Below, piece by piece: positions 41,688 to 57,165 of a stretch of DNA of 64,000 nucleotides. Source of the DNA: Eledone cirrhosa (Eukaryota); assembly GCA_964016885.1 (NCBI GenBank), contig OZ024741.1, forward strand, positions 45,942,001-46,006,000, given 5' to 3'. Position 1 is the first letter of the stretch. Each line of letters opens with the position of its first letter. The position numbers and the translations under genes are program-made. The notes below the pieces were generated by a model. The model saw only the letters and a list, made by a program, of their open reading frames with translations. It did not search any database and was not told the origin of the DNA.

Positions 41688-41895
41688 GGCGGTGGATTGG
41701 CAATATCGGTAGAGCGTCAAACACCATGCTTTGCAGCTTAGAGTTACGGTCCTTTATGGTCTGAGTTCAAATCCCGCCGAGGTTAACTTTGCCTTTCATC
41801 CTTACAGGGTCGATAAAATAAAGCCCTGGGTCGATTTAATCGACTTTCCCTTCCCCCCAAATTACTGGTCTTGTGCCTATAGTAGAAATCATTAT
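41688..41895 (+). mobile_element. tRNA-derived SINE (same family as 29991)
   Basis: A-box, B-box, central domain and tail are present. Confidence 0.85.
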
Positions 41896-42251
41896 TTATG
41901 GATATTCAATAAAATATTGAATTTAAATCCTTTAGATATTAAGTTTCGTGTTTCTTACGCTTAGCATATCCGTCGATGGCGATTAGGAAATTCAGACAAA
42001 TTATAGTTAATTTGCAATGCTGAATAACAGCAGAGCGTTTCATCTATTATCATTAATCTCTTGTATGAGACACAAATAAAAGATTGTCTCATTAAATTAT
42101 TCACACATTTGACAAGAAAATTGGAATCAGCTACTACATTATCATACTTTATCAGTAATTCGAAATTTATAATTTAATTTTCCTGGGGTTTTTATCTAAA
42201 CACTATATATAAATATATATATATATGCGTGTGTGTGTGTGTGTATAAGTG

Positions 42252-42320
<69 letters not shown>

Positions 42321-42323
<3 letters not shown>

Positions 42324-42505
42324 AAAATGTTTAACCCCGACAGCAGAGCTCAAGCCGTTTCGACGGCTTTTTCTGGACAGAAAAAGCCGAATGAAACAGT
42401 TCTAGCCCTGTAGAATCTCTTCTATATGAAAACTGTTATACTCTGCTATGTATTGAGTACCTTACTTACTGTGGTTACCTCCGATTCAACCTGTAATAAC
42501 TTACC
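42321..42505. mobile_element. Chimeric head-to-head insertion: PLE-2-related 3' end (-) joined to family Y 3' end (+)
   Basis: 42334-42375 resembles the reverse complement of 36797-36838; 42389-42505 matches family Y. (TA)n on both sides. Confidence 0.75.
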
Positions 42506-42538
42506 TATATATATATATATATATATATATACATTTAA

Positions 42539-42614
<76 letters not shown>

Positions 42615-42700
42615 AATATATATAAATATACATATCCATATATATATATCTCTATATATATAGAGATAGTTATGTAATAAACAACATAAGGCAATTATTC

Positions 42701-42754
42701 CATTTACCAGTGGTTTCTTAAAAGCAAAAAATGTTGCTTTCAATCATCAGAATG
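42701..42754 (-). ncRNA. Minimal type I HHR (PLE-3), the only copy with an intact core
   Basis: CAUU-CUGAUGA-UUGAAAGCAA-CAUUUU-UUGCUUUUAA-GAAA-CCACUGG-UA-AAUG. Copies at 44611-44664 (-), 46532-46585 (+) and 47865-47918 (+) carry core or cleavage-site mutations. Confidence 0.8.
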
Positions 42755-42905
42755 AAAAAATCCTGGTCTGTTTATTGATATTGGATTTTAAAAACAAAAA
42801 TGCAATCTATATGAAAGTGAGGTTGGAGAAAGAAGAAGGAAAGGAAAAATAAGATAAAAACACACATGCAAACACACACACACACACACACAGAAATCCA
42901 TACAT

Positions 42906-43017
<112 letters not shown>

Positions 43018-43329
43018 CATACACTCATACATACACACACACATATACACATATATATGTGTATATATATACACACATACACATACATATACACATACAT
43101 ATACACATACATATACACATAAATATCAACACATCCATACATACATATACATATATAGAACCACACACACCTATATATAGAAATAGAAATATATATATAT
43201 GCATACACATACACATACATAGCCATACACACATATACATACATACATACATACATACATACATACATACATACATACATACATACATACATACATACAT
43301 ACATACATACATACATACATACATACATA

Positions 43330-43886
43330 GTGGCTGCCAACTCGTTTTCGAGTACGGCCACTACTTTATATCCATGTAGGAGAACCCCTACCGATGCGCT
43401 GAACGAATGTGTCTTTTTAGTCCAGCCAGCGACTTGAAAACTCTGGTACAAAGACTACACTTGTGACCATTATTGACACATAGTGCAGGGCCCATGATAC
43501 CATGTGATGACAAGTGCAGAGAGATCTCCAGATATAAAGCAATGCCTGTGCTGTGAAGCTTTTATAGTGAGCAAAGGCACTGCACAAAGCCAGTCCCACT
43601 CTCTTAACCAAGATGATATTTACCAAAAAGCAGAACAAGTCAACATCATTGGATACCATCAGAGTTGCAGGTGTTATATCAGAGTTTTCTTTCTCCTAGA
43701 ATTCTGCCTTGACAAAGGCTAAGGGGTCATCTCTCCCGGTGATTTTGGATGGCTATTGAGTCTTAAGAGCTCCCTTGCCCTTTGACAGGTTTTGTTTTTA
43801 GTCCTGCAGGATGTCTAAAGTCACCCTCCTCACCAAGAAACCTTGGTGGGGTTGCCAGTTTAGTCGCCAACGACCCGACCATGAGA
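43330..43886 (-). mobile_element. ~560-bp insertion in (CATA)n resembling a non-LTR retrotransposon 5' UTR or a derived SINE
   Basis: Absent from the mirror arm. The minus strand has CTAGGAGAAAGAAAACTCTGA, which I recall from RTE-type 5' UTRs. Confidence 0.55.
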
Positions 43887-44316
43887 CATACATATATACA
43901 TACATACATACATACATACATACATAAATACATACACACAATCATACCTATATACACACGTACATACATACACATACATAAATGCAGACATGTGCATGTA
44001 TAAAATTAGAAAAATATGCACACACTTCTACATATTCACACACGCAAATAAATATAAGAAAAAATATATATAAAAAATAAAATAATAAAAACTATTATAC
44101 AGTTGACAGCGATACAGGCAACGAATAAATGAATAAACACGTGTGGTAAGCAATACACACAAATGCACGTACACATACATACGTAAAAATAAATATATAC
44201 GCACACTCTCACACATAAATATACATATACAAATACATAAACACATACATACGCATACACAAATACATACACAAACACACACACACACATATACATATAT
44301 ACACACACATATACAT

Positions 44317-44365
<49 letters not shown>

Positions 44366-44697
44366 CACATACACATATACACACATATATATATACACAC
44401 ACACATACATAGCTATACAATTATACTCATACAAATACGTACATATCACAAACACTCACAACCAAATACAAAAACACACACATATATATATATATATATG
44501 TGTGTGTGTGTTTAAAACTCAATCTTAAATAATTCATATGAACCTTATATAACTCCAAAATATACATATACATATATAGTAATGTAATAAACAACATAAG
44601 GCAATTATTCCATTCGCCAGTGGTTTCTTAAAAGCAAAAAATGTTGCCTTCAATAATCAGAATGAAAAAAACCTGGTCTATCTATATATATATATAT

Positions 44698-44742
<45 letters not shown>

Positions 44743-45174
44743 CACATACATACACATACGTTTTGGTATGTGAAGGGTAAGGCAAAAAAAATATATTTGA
44801 GGGGGAAAGGAGGGGGGAAAAAGACATAGGAAAAGGTGAAATATAAGGGGAGATAAGAGAAAAAAAGAATACAAGAGTACAGAACGTGGATTCAGCAGGT
44901 AAAAAAACCGTAGTAGAAGTAAAGAGCAGATAAGGAGTTCAAGGTGGTTGAGTTATCATAGGAATGTCAATCCAGTTACAGATCAGATGTGGTTTAAGAT
45001 GAGGACAGCATCTGAAGATCTCGGTCTTTGAGTTTAGGCAAGCCGAAGTGGCTCTCAAGTTTAGCAAAATCCTATATTTTTCTGTGGTACACAAAGAACA
45101 ATTCTTTGTGCCCCGTTGGTACTCCCTCGAATGGTTTAAGGTAGACCAATCGATAGAGTATGGGATGTTACTAA

Positions 45175-46220
45175 ATTCCGTAAAGATTTAATCAATACTC
45201 TTGCTAATCCTAACCTTAAAATCACTATAGATACGAACCTTACCAATGCTAACTTTCTTGATATTAATCTTAATCTACTTACCGCCTCTTTTAAACCTTA
45301 TCATAAACCTAATGAAAATCTTAGTTATATACACAAAGAGTCTTGCCATCCCCCTATAGTTTTTAATAATCTTATTCCCAACAATAGCGGTAGGATTTCT
45401 ACCTTATCTTCGTCTATAGACATTTTTATTAAAGCCACCCCTTATTATAATAAAGCCCTTAAGAACAGCGGTTTTACAGAAACATTTTTTTATTTACCTA
45501 CTCCCCTCCCCCCTCTAAAACTAACCACAATAACAGGAAAAGGAAAATTATTTGGTTCACACCCCCCTTCTCTCTAACTGCCAAAACTAATGTAGGAAGG
45601 AAATTCCTTGAACGCTTAGACAAACATTTTCCTCCTAATCATAGATATTATAAGATATTTAATAGGAACGTAGTTAAGATCAGTTACTCTTGTTGCCCAT
45701 CTATGAAGTCCAAGATCACTAGTTCAAATCATACGAGAACAAACCGAGGATGCAGTTGCAGGAAGCCGGATGAATGCCCATTGCAGGGTAAATGTAACAC
45801 CAAATCTGTTGTTTATGAGGCTAAAATAACACCGTTAATCAGCAACCAGCCAGCCAGGAGTGAGCGATATGTCGGCATGACGCAGGACAGGTTTAAACCA
45901 GGTTTTACTCACATGTCGCTTCTTTTAAGCACTCCGATAAACGAACAACAACGGCCCTCGCAAGTAAGGTGTGGGAATTCAAGGATAGTAACATCCCGTA
46001 CTCTATCGATTGGTCTATCTTAGACCATTCGAGGGAGTACCAAAGGGGCACAAAGAATTGTTCTTTGTGTACCACAGAAAAATATAGGATTTTGCTAAAC
46101 TTGAGAGCCACTTCTGCTTGCCTAAACTCAAAGACCGAGTTCTTCAGATGCTGTCCTCATCTGAAACCACATCTGATCTGTAACTGGATTGACATTCCTA
46201 TGATAACTCAACCGCCTTGA
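45175..46220 (+). pseudogene. PLE-3 RT thumb + Zn finger + GIY-YIG, frameshifted
   Basis: Motifs NFLDINLNL, SCHPP, WFTPPFS, CSCRKPDECPLQGKC, VVYEA..YVG, CSLCTTEK, LNSK. Confidence 0.85.
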
Positions 46221-46416
46221 ACTCCTTATCTGCTCTTTACTTCTACTACGGTTTTTTTACCTGCTGAATCCACGTTCTGTACTCTTGTATTCTTTTTCTC
46301 CCTTATCTCCCCTTATATTTCACCTTTTCCTATGTCTTTTTCCCCCTCCTTTCCCCCCCCTCATATTTTTTTTTTGCCTTACCCTTCACATACCAAAATG
46401 TATGTGTATGTATCTG

Positions 46417-46501
<85 letters not shown>

Positions 46502-46694
46502 ATATAGAGAGAGAGATAGACCAGGTTTTTTCATTCTGATGATTGATGGCAACATTTTTTGCTTTTAAGAAACCACTGCTGAATGGAACAATTGCCTTAT
46601 GTTGTTTATTACATTACTATATATATGTATATGTATATTTTGGAGTTATATAAGGTTCATATGAATTATTTAAGATTGAGTTTTATACACACAC

Positions 46695-46759
<65 letters not shown>

Positions 46760-46867
46760 TTGTATTTGGTTGTGAGTGTTTGTGATATGTACATATTTGT
46801 ATGTGTATAATTGTATAGCTATGTATGTATGTGTGTGTGTATATATATGTGTGCATATGTGTATGTG

Positions 46868-46962
<95 letters not shown>

Positions 46963-47444
46963 ATGTGTGTGTATACGTGTGTGTATATATGTATATGTGT
47001 GTGAGTGTGTTTGTGTATGTATTTGTGTATGCGTATGTATATGTTTATGTATTTGTATATGTATATTTATGTGTGAGAGTGTGTGTACGTATTTATTTTT
47101 ACGTATGTATGTGTACGTGCATTTGTGTGTATTGCTTACCACCCGTGTTTGTTCATTTATTCGTTGCCTGTATCGCTGTCAACTGTATAATAGTTTTTAT
47201 TATTTTATTTTTTATATATATTTTTTCTCATATTTATTTGCGTGTGTGAATATGTAGAGGTGTGTGTATATTTTTCTAATTTTATACATGCATATGTATG
47301 TATTTATGTAGGTGTATGTATGTAAGTGTGTATATAGGTATGATTATGTGTATGTATGTATGTATGTATGTATGTCTGTATGTATGTATGTATGTATGTA
47401 TGTATGTATATGTATGTGTGTATGGCTATGTATGTGTATGTGTA

Positions 47445-47501
<57 letters not shown>

Positions 47502-47667
47502 TTCTATATATATGTGTGTATATATGTGTGTGTGGTTGCATATATGTATGTGTATGTATGGATGTGTTGATATTTATATGTGTATGTATGTGTATATGTA
47601 TGTGTATGTGTGTATATATATACACATATATATGTGTATATGTGTGTGTGTATGTATGAGTGTATGT

Positions 47668-47711
<44 letters not shown>

Positions 47712-48141
47712 ATGTATGCATTTGTATGTGTGTGTGTGTGTGTGTGTTTGCATATGTGTTTTTATTTCATTTTTCCTTTCCTTCTTCCTTCTCCAGCCTC
47801 ACTTTCATATAGATTGCATTTTTGTTTTTAAAATCCAATATCAATAAACAGACCAGGATTTTTTCATTCTGTTGATTGAAAGCAACATTTTTTGCTTTTA
47901 AGAAACCACTGGTAAATGGAATAATTGCCCTATGTTGTTTATTACATAACTATTAAGCTCTGTTACCTACATAGAGCACTCTTTTTCCAAACAGTGAGTG
48001 TGTTCTGTTATTAATTCTGGCAATATTACACAAATATTGCCAGAATTAATAACAGAATTAATAACAGAATATATAAGAGACAGAATACTTTTTTGTGAAA
48101 AAACATAATTTTATAAGGTAAGGAAATAATAAAGGGTATAA

Positions 48142-48189
48142 AAAATGACCGGTTTCGATGGGTCTGCAAAAGCCATCTTTTCAAATGTT
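48142..48189 (-). ncRNA. Minimal U3:A8 HHR (PLE-4); mirror at 50906-50950
   Basis: AACAU-UUGAAAA-GAUGG...CCAUC-GAAA-CCGG-UC-AUUUU; stem I is weak. Confidence 0.6.
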
Positions 48190-48643
48190 GATTAATATTA
48201 AGAAAAATTAATAATACGAAGAGTTAAAACTTGAGATTTGAAAATTCAAGTATAAAATTCATTGTGGGATTTCATAGCAGTTTTCATCTAGGTAGCAACA
48301 ACAGGTTGACTGCTGTGTCCCTTTCTGGTAGTGAATGAGAAGTTATTTGGGGTGTGGGTTATTTTATAAAGGTCACATTTAGCAATCGTCAACTGGCCAG
48401 CTGCTGGTAAGTGAGGGGGTGGAAGCAATATACATACACATATCTTCCTGTGGTGCATATGAGAGTGGAGCGTGATAGAAAGGGATTTAGTGCACTTACA
48501 CCTATATATACACACATACCTTCACCCACACATACATACATATACATATACATATACATATATATATATATATATACATATACACACATACATACACACA
48601 AACATACATATACATACACACATACACACACATATATACACAT

Positions 48644-48692
<49 letters not shown>

Positions 48693-48759
48693 TATATATA
48701 CATACACATACATCCAGATACACACATACATACACACACACACACACATATATATATAT

Positions 48760-48834
<75 letters not shown>

Positions 48835-48835
<1 letters not shown>

Positions 48836-49844
48836 GTTTAAAAACATGATAAACAACATAGATAATAACATACAATTCACAATGGAATCCAATCCTAAGG
48901 AATTAGCCTTCTTGGATATTCTCATCTCTGTAATAGACGGGAAATTAGATACAGATATATTCTATAAACCCACAGATTCCAAGCAATACCTCTTTTTCAC
49001 ATCAAGTCACCCAAAACATACAAAACTTAACATTCCTTACAATTTGGCCAAACGTATATGTACCATAGTATCAGATCCACCTAAACGGGAGCAAAGACTA
49101 AAGGAACTAAAAGACACCCTTATCTTAAGAGCCTTTCCACTTGAAATAATCAACAATGGAATAGACAGGGCAAAACACCTAAATCCCCATCAACTTAACA
49201 ATCCAAAACAGAAAACCACACTAAACACCCTGCCATATGTATCCACTTTCAACCCCAGAAATACCGAAATGTTTGATCACCTACACAAAAACCTCCCCAT
49301 CCTACTTAAAGATGTAAAAATGAAGTCTATTCTTGAAACACACAAGATCCTTAAAAGTAAAAGACAACCCAAATCACTTAAACGCATTCTCACTGGACCA
49401 AATATACCCAAACCAATCCTCAACCCTACAGTTACCAAATGTGGTAGAACAAACTGTGGAACGTGCCTCTACTTCACTGAAGGACAAACATTTACATTCA
49501 AAGATGGCCAAACATTTACAGTAAAAAACAATTTCACCTGCAACTCGGAGAACTTGATTTACGCAATAACTTGCGGTGGGTGCAAACACAACTACATAGG
49601 ACAGACGGGCACCTCATTACGCAAAAGAATGACCATCCACCGCCAACAAATCCGGGACGCTAACACAAGAAAAATCCCCTTGAGCAGCCATATTGCGAAC
49701 TGCGCAGGAATGACACTACCCAACTTTAAAATCTTCCCCTTCTACAAGTGCTCAGATTCGTTCACACAGCAACAAAGAATAAACAAAGAAAATCTATTCC
49801 TTAACAAATTTAAACCAAAACTAAACGGGTTATCACCCCAATAG
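48835..49844 (+). pseudogene. PLE-4 RT thumb + CxxxxCxxC finger + GIY-YIG; 5'-truncated but open
   Basis: Motifs [60 protein letters not shown]. The ORF track's N-terminal extension is microsatellite. Confidence 0.9.
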
Positions 49845-50288
49845 AATTGTCATAAAATATAAACACACATACGCACGGAATCACTACTATTAAAGACCAG
49901 AGACCAATTCTGTAGAATCAGGTTTATTCGTTGACAGACCATGCCTTTGTGTGACCAACACATCCATGTTAAACCCTGCACGTGCACACACATATACCTA
50001 TATATATATGCGCACACAGAATTCACCACTGTCGGTTGCGGGGCCCAATCTACATGAAGAACTCAATGTGATCAGAATGACTTGTATTTTAATTTCACTG
50101 TCCCAACTTCTTATATTATGGAAAAAATATGTGTCTGTATGTATATATATATATATATTTGGAGGCCATTTCTCTGTGTGGGTGTATGTATGTGTATATG
50201 TGTGTGTGTGTATATGTGTGTGCATGTGGATGCATGTATTGTGTGTGCGTGTGTGTGTGTGTGTGTGTATGTATGTGTGGGGGTGTGA

Positions 50289-50338
<50 letters not shown>

Positions 50339-50381
50339 GTGTGTGTGTGTATGTATGTGTGTATCTGGATGTATGTGTATG

Positions 50382-50428
<47 letters not shown>

Positions 50429-50501
50429 GTGTGTGTGTGTATGTGTATATATGTGTGTGTATGTGTGTATGTATATGTATGTGTGTGTGTATGTATGTGT
50501 G

Positions 50502-50560
<59 letters not shown>

Positions 50561-51086
50561 GTATGTGTGGGTGAAGGTATGTGTGTATATATAGGTGTAA
50601 GTGCACTAAATCCCTTTCTATCACGCTCCACTCTCCTACCCACCACAGGAAGATATGTGTATGTATATTGCTTCCACCCCCTCACTGACCAGCAGCTGGC
50701 CAGTTGACGATTGCTAAATCTGACCTTTATAAAATAACCCACACCCCAAATAACTTCTCATTCACTACCAGAAAGGGACACAGCAGTCAACCTGTTGTTG
50801 CTACCTAGATGAAAACTGCTATGAAATCCCACAATGAATTTTATACTTGAATTTTCAAATCTCAAGTTTTAACTCTTCGTATTATTAATTTTTCTTAATA
50901 TTAATCAACATTTGAAAAGATGGGTCTGCAAGACCGAAACCGGTCATTTTTTATACCCTTTATTATTTCCTGACCTTATAAAATTATGTTTTTTCACAAA
51001 AAAGTATTCTGTCTCTTATATATTCCATGTGCCATTACCAACCTCAATTTTCTCTATAACCTTCGTTTTGTGTAGAAAATTACACT

Positions 51087-51132
<46 letters not shown>

Positions 51133-51436
51133 CTTTCATTTATATATTTATACTCGGATTTTTTTCCTAGAGTGCTTAAATTATTTGTGACTAATCCCGG
51201 TTTTTTTAATAAAAACTGCGATAATATTGCTTTTTACTGAACTCCTTTCGTAGAGTTTTTTTTCGGAATGTTTTTGACTGTTGTTTCTTTTAAACAAACA
51301 TTCGCCTCATTCTAACGTCACTAGCCCTGTCTTTCCTCATTTGCGTTTTTCTTAATCACGCATGATGGTGAACTAGCCAGTTTTAAAATTCCCTTTTTGG
51401 CATATAGATCTGTGAGAGTCCTGGTTATCGAGTTGA

Positions 51437-51516
51437 GCTCTGCTGACGATTGAAATCCAACCGTGACCATTTCCACTGAAAGTTTTCATGAAATAGTCTT
51501 TAAGACTATACAGTGC
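51437..51516 (+). ncRNA. Type I HHR, tandem unit 1
   Basis: GCUCUG-CUGACGA-UUGAAA...UUUCAU-GAAA-UAGUC-UUUAA-GACUA-UA-CAGUGC; cut after 51510. Confidence 0.78.
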
Positions 51517-52063
51517 ATTTGAAGTTTTTCCAAATTGAAGGATGAGTATTTTAGACTTTATTTTATCATGAGTTAAGGCTCTATTGATTTTTCCCTGGAT
51601 TTCACTAAATTCTGGGGATGAATTTATAACCCGATTCTCTTTGAGATGATTTTGAATTATTTTTCCCACATCTTACGTTAACTATTTTTCCCATTTTGAC
51701 GCTATAGTCGCATATATGTCATGGAATACTGTTAGCTTTTCGCTACAACAATTTCTATACCTTTCATTTATATATTTATACTCGGATTTTTTTCCTAGAG
51801 TGCTTAAATTATTTGTGACTAATCCCGGTTTTTTTTATAAAAACTGCGATAATATTGCTTTTTGCTGAACTCCTTTCGTAGAGTTTTTTTCGGAATGTTT
51901 TTGACTGTTGTTTCTTTTAAACAAACATTCGTCTCATTCTGACGTCACTAGCCCTGTCTTTACTGATGTGCGTTTTTCTTAATCACGCATGATGGTGAAC
52001 TAGCCAGTTTTAAAATTCCCTTTTTGGCATATAAATCTGTGAGAGTCCTGGTTATCGAGTTGA

Positions 52064-52143
52064 GCTCTGCTGACGATTGAAATCCAACCGTGACCATCTC
52101 CACTGAAAGTTTTCATGAAATAGTGTTTACGACTATACAGAGC
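52064..52143 (+). ncRNA. Type I HHR, tandem unit 2
   Basis: Perfect stem I GCUCUG/CAGAGC; cut after 52137. Confidence 0.78.
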
Positions 52144-52392
52144 ATTTGAATTTTTTCCAATTTGAAGGATGAGTATTTTAGACTTTATTTTATCATGAGT
52201 TAAGGCTCTATTGATTTTTCCCTGGATTTCACTAAATTCTGTGGATAAATTTATATCCTGATTCTCTTTGAGATGAGTTTGAATTATTTTTCCCACATCT
52301 TACGTTAACTATTTTTCCCATTTTGACGCTATAGTCGCATATATGTTATGGAATACTGTTAGCTTCTCGCTACAACAATTTCTATACCTTTC

Positions 52393-52440
<48 letters not shown>

Positions 52441-52471
52441 TTAAACATATATAAATATACATATCTATCTA

Positions 52472-52515
<44 letters not shown>

Positions 52516-52517
<2 letters not shown>

Positions 52518-52688
52518 TAAGTTATTCCTGCTTGAAACGGAGGTAACTACAGTAAGTCAGGTACTCAATACATAGCACAGTATAAACGTTTTCATATAGA
52601 AGAGATTCTACAGGACTACGACTGTTTCATTCGTGAGAAATCATCAGATTCCTGATGATTTCTCACAGTTCTAGTCCTGTAGAATCTC

Positions 52689-52692
<4 letters not shown>
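52516..52692. mobile_element. Family Y head-to-head palindrome with HHR core
   Basis: Minus strand CUGAUGA-UUUC-UCAC-GAAU-GAAA-CAG-UC; the arms meet at about 52648-52651. Confidence 0.78.
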
Positions 52693-52730
<38 letters not shown>

Positions 52731-53176
52731 GTGAGTATCTGCTATTAGCATCTTTCGTAAATATGTGTATATTTATATATACACACACATATATCTATGT
52801 ATATATCTATATATATATATATCGAGAGAGAGAGAGACAGACAGACAGAGAGAAGGCCGATAAAGAAGAAAGAGAGAGAGAGAGAGAGATTTTATTTTTA
52901 AACTATAATAATTTCAATCCGAATTTCAATTTAATAATATTTCAATGCTAATTTAATGAAAGTATAATTAATTGTAAAAACAAAAATTTAATATAGTATG
53001 AAGTAATCTTAAAGTTAATTTTTCTTCAATAACTTTCAGAAAAACCGAATATTTGTTATATATCTCGCTTTGTGTTTTCGTAGGTTTTATTTATTATTTT
53101 ATTTTTTTCATATTGTTATTAAAGATAAGTTAATTATATTTTATATATTAAAATATAATGGAATTGTCTATTTGAA

Positions 53177-53616
<440 letters not shown>

Positions 53617-53690
53617 ATATATTATGGATATTAATCTCGCCTAGCTAGACAGAATACCATATACGTATAAGTGTGTGAATGTATGTATTA

Positions 53691-53763
53691 CGTCGTCAAG
53701 TATGAAATTTGTAGACATTTCCTTATTTTCTATCTATTCCTACAAATTTCATACTTGACGACG
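53691..53763. repeat. Short inverted repeat (~24-bp arms)
   Basis: CGTCGTCAAGTATGAAATTTGTAG ... CTACAAATTTCATACTTGACGACG. Confidence 0.85.
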
Positions 53764-54389
53764 CATATTTCGGATTTTACTGTTAAACACGGGAGTGCCA
53801 AAGATATTTCTCTACGAATTTTTTCATTTACTTTTTACTTATTCCTAAAATTGTCATGAGGGACATTAATATCATTTTGGTGTGATTTGTTCCTGATCAA
53901 TAGAAATTATTTTTATATGCTGTCATTTACTTATTTATTTACTAATTTCAGCCATTAGACTGAGATCATATAAAAAGAGGTGGGAAATTAAATTGAGGAG
54001 AGGAAGGGGTCCTTCTGCAAATACATGCCAAACCATTACTACACAACATGGTCTAAGATTATTTTATAATCTGTAAATATGGGTCTATTTCCACTTAAAA
54101 TAATTTTCACATTTTTAGTTGTTTTATGACGCTCAGTCTGAACGTTATCAACAGTTTTCTTCTAATTAACCATTACTGCAAAATCAAATGAGATATTTTA
54201 AGCTGGCAACTATAATTAATATATTGTTTCGTTAAATAGATTAGAGAATGTTCTTCTAGGGTAGGTAGAACTGTATATTGCTGATAATATTCCTGTTAAA
54301 CTGAACAAAACGTGGAACTGCAACAAATATTTCCGCTGCTAATAATGGTAAATTATATTATTGTTCATTTCCTACTGCAAAGTTTCGTT

Positions 54390-55324
54390 ACCAATTGGTT
54401 AGAAGATCGGTCTCATAATTATCATAAGGTCGTGTATTCGCATCCTAGACTGAGTGGTACGTTGTTTTGAGGATCAGGGTCTTTCACTTCACGTTACTCT
54501 AGTTATTCGGCAGAACATATCTATATACGGCAGCTGTGGTTTAGCCCTGCGATGAAACAGGGTCTTATCACTAATGAGCCATAGATAACGGCTTTGAATC
54601 TGGAATAATGATTTCTGATTTAGGCACAAGGCCAACAATTTGGGGGGAAATAGAAAGTCGATAAATCGACCCCTGTGAAATGCTGATAGTTTATTTTATC
54701 GTCCCTGTAAGGATGAAAGTCAAAGCTAACCTTGGCGGGATTTGAACTCAGAAGGTAAAAGGACATAGCTCTATGGCACGAAGCATAATGTCCTACGCTC
54801 TACTGATACTACCAACGGAATATTTGTTTCTACTTTTGGCACAAGGCCAGCAATTTCCGTAGTGAATTACTGGTGCTTTATTTTATCGACCCCGTAAGGA
54901 TGAAAGGCAAAGTTAACCTCGGTGGGATTTGAATTCAGATCATAAAGGGCCGTAACTCTATGCCAACCTTCTACCGATACTGCCAATCCACTACTTGTGC
55001 AGGCATGGAAAAACAAACGTAATTAAATAAGTAAATAACGTTCCCTATTTCCACTGGCTAAGCTATTAACACATTGCACTATCTGTGACAAGATGTACGT
55101 CCCAAATATTATAGGTGTGTTACTACTCCCCTATTGTTTTGGCCGTCTGTGATGTGATCAGGAGGCAGCGAATTGGCAGAGTCATTTGAACATCGGATAG
55201 AACGCTTTGTGACATTCGTTTTGGCTCTCTGATCTCTGTGTTACGATCCCTGTGGAGATCAACATTGCCTCTCACCATTTCGATGTCGATAAAAAAAAGT
55301 ACCAGTCAAGTACTGGAGTCGACT
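54390..55324. mobile_element. SINE cluster: about 54390-54500 (+), 54610-54815 (-), 54822-54992 (-), 55162-55324 (+)
   Basis: Similarity to the 29991 and 32229 SINE families. Confidence 0.7.
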
Positions 55325-55362
55325 CTTCCTCTTTATCTCTCTCTCTCTCTCTCTCTCTCTCC

Positions 55363-55452
<90 letters not shown>

Positions 55453-55454
55453 AC

Positions 55455-56075
<621 letters not shown>

Positions 56076-56430
56076 GTTATTAGGAGTATTCCAAAGCTTG
56101 GTAGAACAAGTTGTGAGGAAAGTTCTCAACATACGTTAAGGTGACTCGACAGGTTGGTAGGGATTCTGTAGTGGAAACACGAACAATTGAGGAGTGTAAT
56201 CAAAGAAGAGAAATAGGACGAAGGTAAACAATTACAAAAGAATTTAATCCACGTATTAACAATTGTTTCATCAGAATTTCAGTCCATTATTGCTACACTA
56301 TGTTATAATAGGCAATCAAGGAAGATACTGTGGCATCCGAATTTTCAAAATACAAAGTTGGAATGACCTTAGGAAATGAAATAAGGGGTAGTAGTGTAAG
56401 ATAGAGGAACAGAGAGAGAGAGGGGCAAAA

Positions 56431-56491
<61 letters not shown>

Positions 56492-57165
56492 GATAGAGGT
56501 AGGGAGAGAAAGAGAAAGAGATAGTATGGTGTGAGAGGATTTGTATAGGGAGGGGGAGGAGGGCTGTGTGCTAAAAGTTGTGATGAGTAGAGGGAGAGAG
56601 AAGGAAGATAGAATTTTAAGAGGCATTTGGAAGTGGACAGGCGAAAGTCTTACCAGAGAACAGATGAAGGAAGAAAGTATTAAATTTCATATATAGTCTA
56701 TTTTTAGGGGTGTAGAATTGTTATTTAGAGTAGAAAGATAGGTAGTGTTAGGATTTGGTTGAAGGTTTGAAGTGTGAGAATTTCGCTTTCAGTTTATGCT
56801 GGCAAAAAATTGACCTTTCAATTCTGTTGTTGAGTAGTTGGTGGCTTGAGCTTAGAATATGGAAGAGCTCATTATTGCACAACGGGCACGTTTTCATCCC
56901 ACTCCGTTATGGAGGAGCATGTGAGAGTTTGGTCCACATTGTCGGTTATTCCCTTTTAAGTGCCACATTTTGTCGGCGAGAGTCGTTACGTAACGGTTTT
57001 GGTGGTGCTTTATTGCGTAACGATGCGTGTACCAACGAGTTTTGAAGGTGTTTGCAGTGCTGCCTATGTAGTACCAGGTTTGGTTGCCCGACTCAACCGA
57101 GCACCTGTATACTAGGTTTGAATGCAAACATTCGTTATTCAATGGACAAGTCTCTGGAAGGTGGC

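Larger units (their letters stand above)
48067..51025. mobile_element. PLE-4: Neptune-type Penelope-like element with inverted 5' arm
   Basis: 48067 to about 48830 mirrors about 50290-51025; coding body 48835-49844. Confidence 0.88.
51128..52400 (+). mobile_element. Tandem of a 627-bp non-coding unit (two copies plus start of a third), one HHR per unit; retrozyme-like
   Basis: Direct repeat at about 51128-51755 and 51756-52382, flanked by (TA)n. Confidence 0.8.

Noticed and set aside
51373-52296. 98-aa ORF present in both 627-bp tandem units
   Set aside because: It is antisense to the HHR, has a GTG start, has about 11 amino-acid differences between close copies (no sign of purifying selection), and has no recognisable domain.
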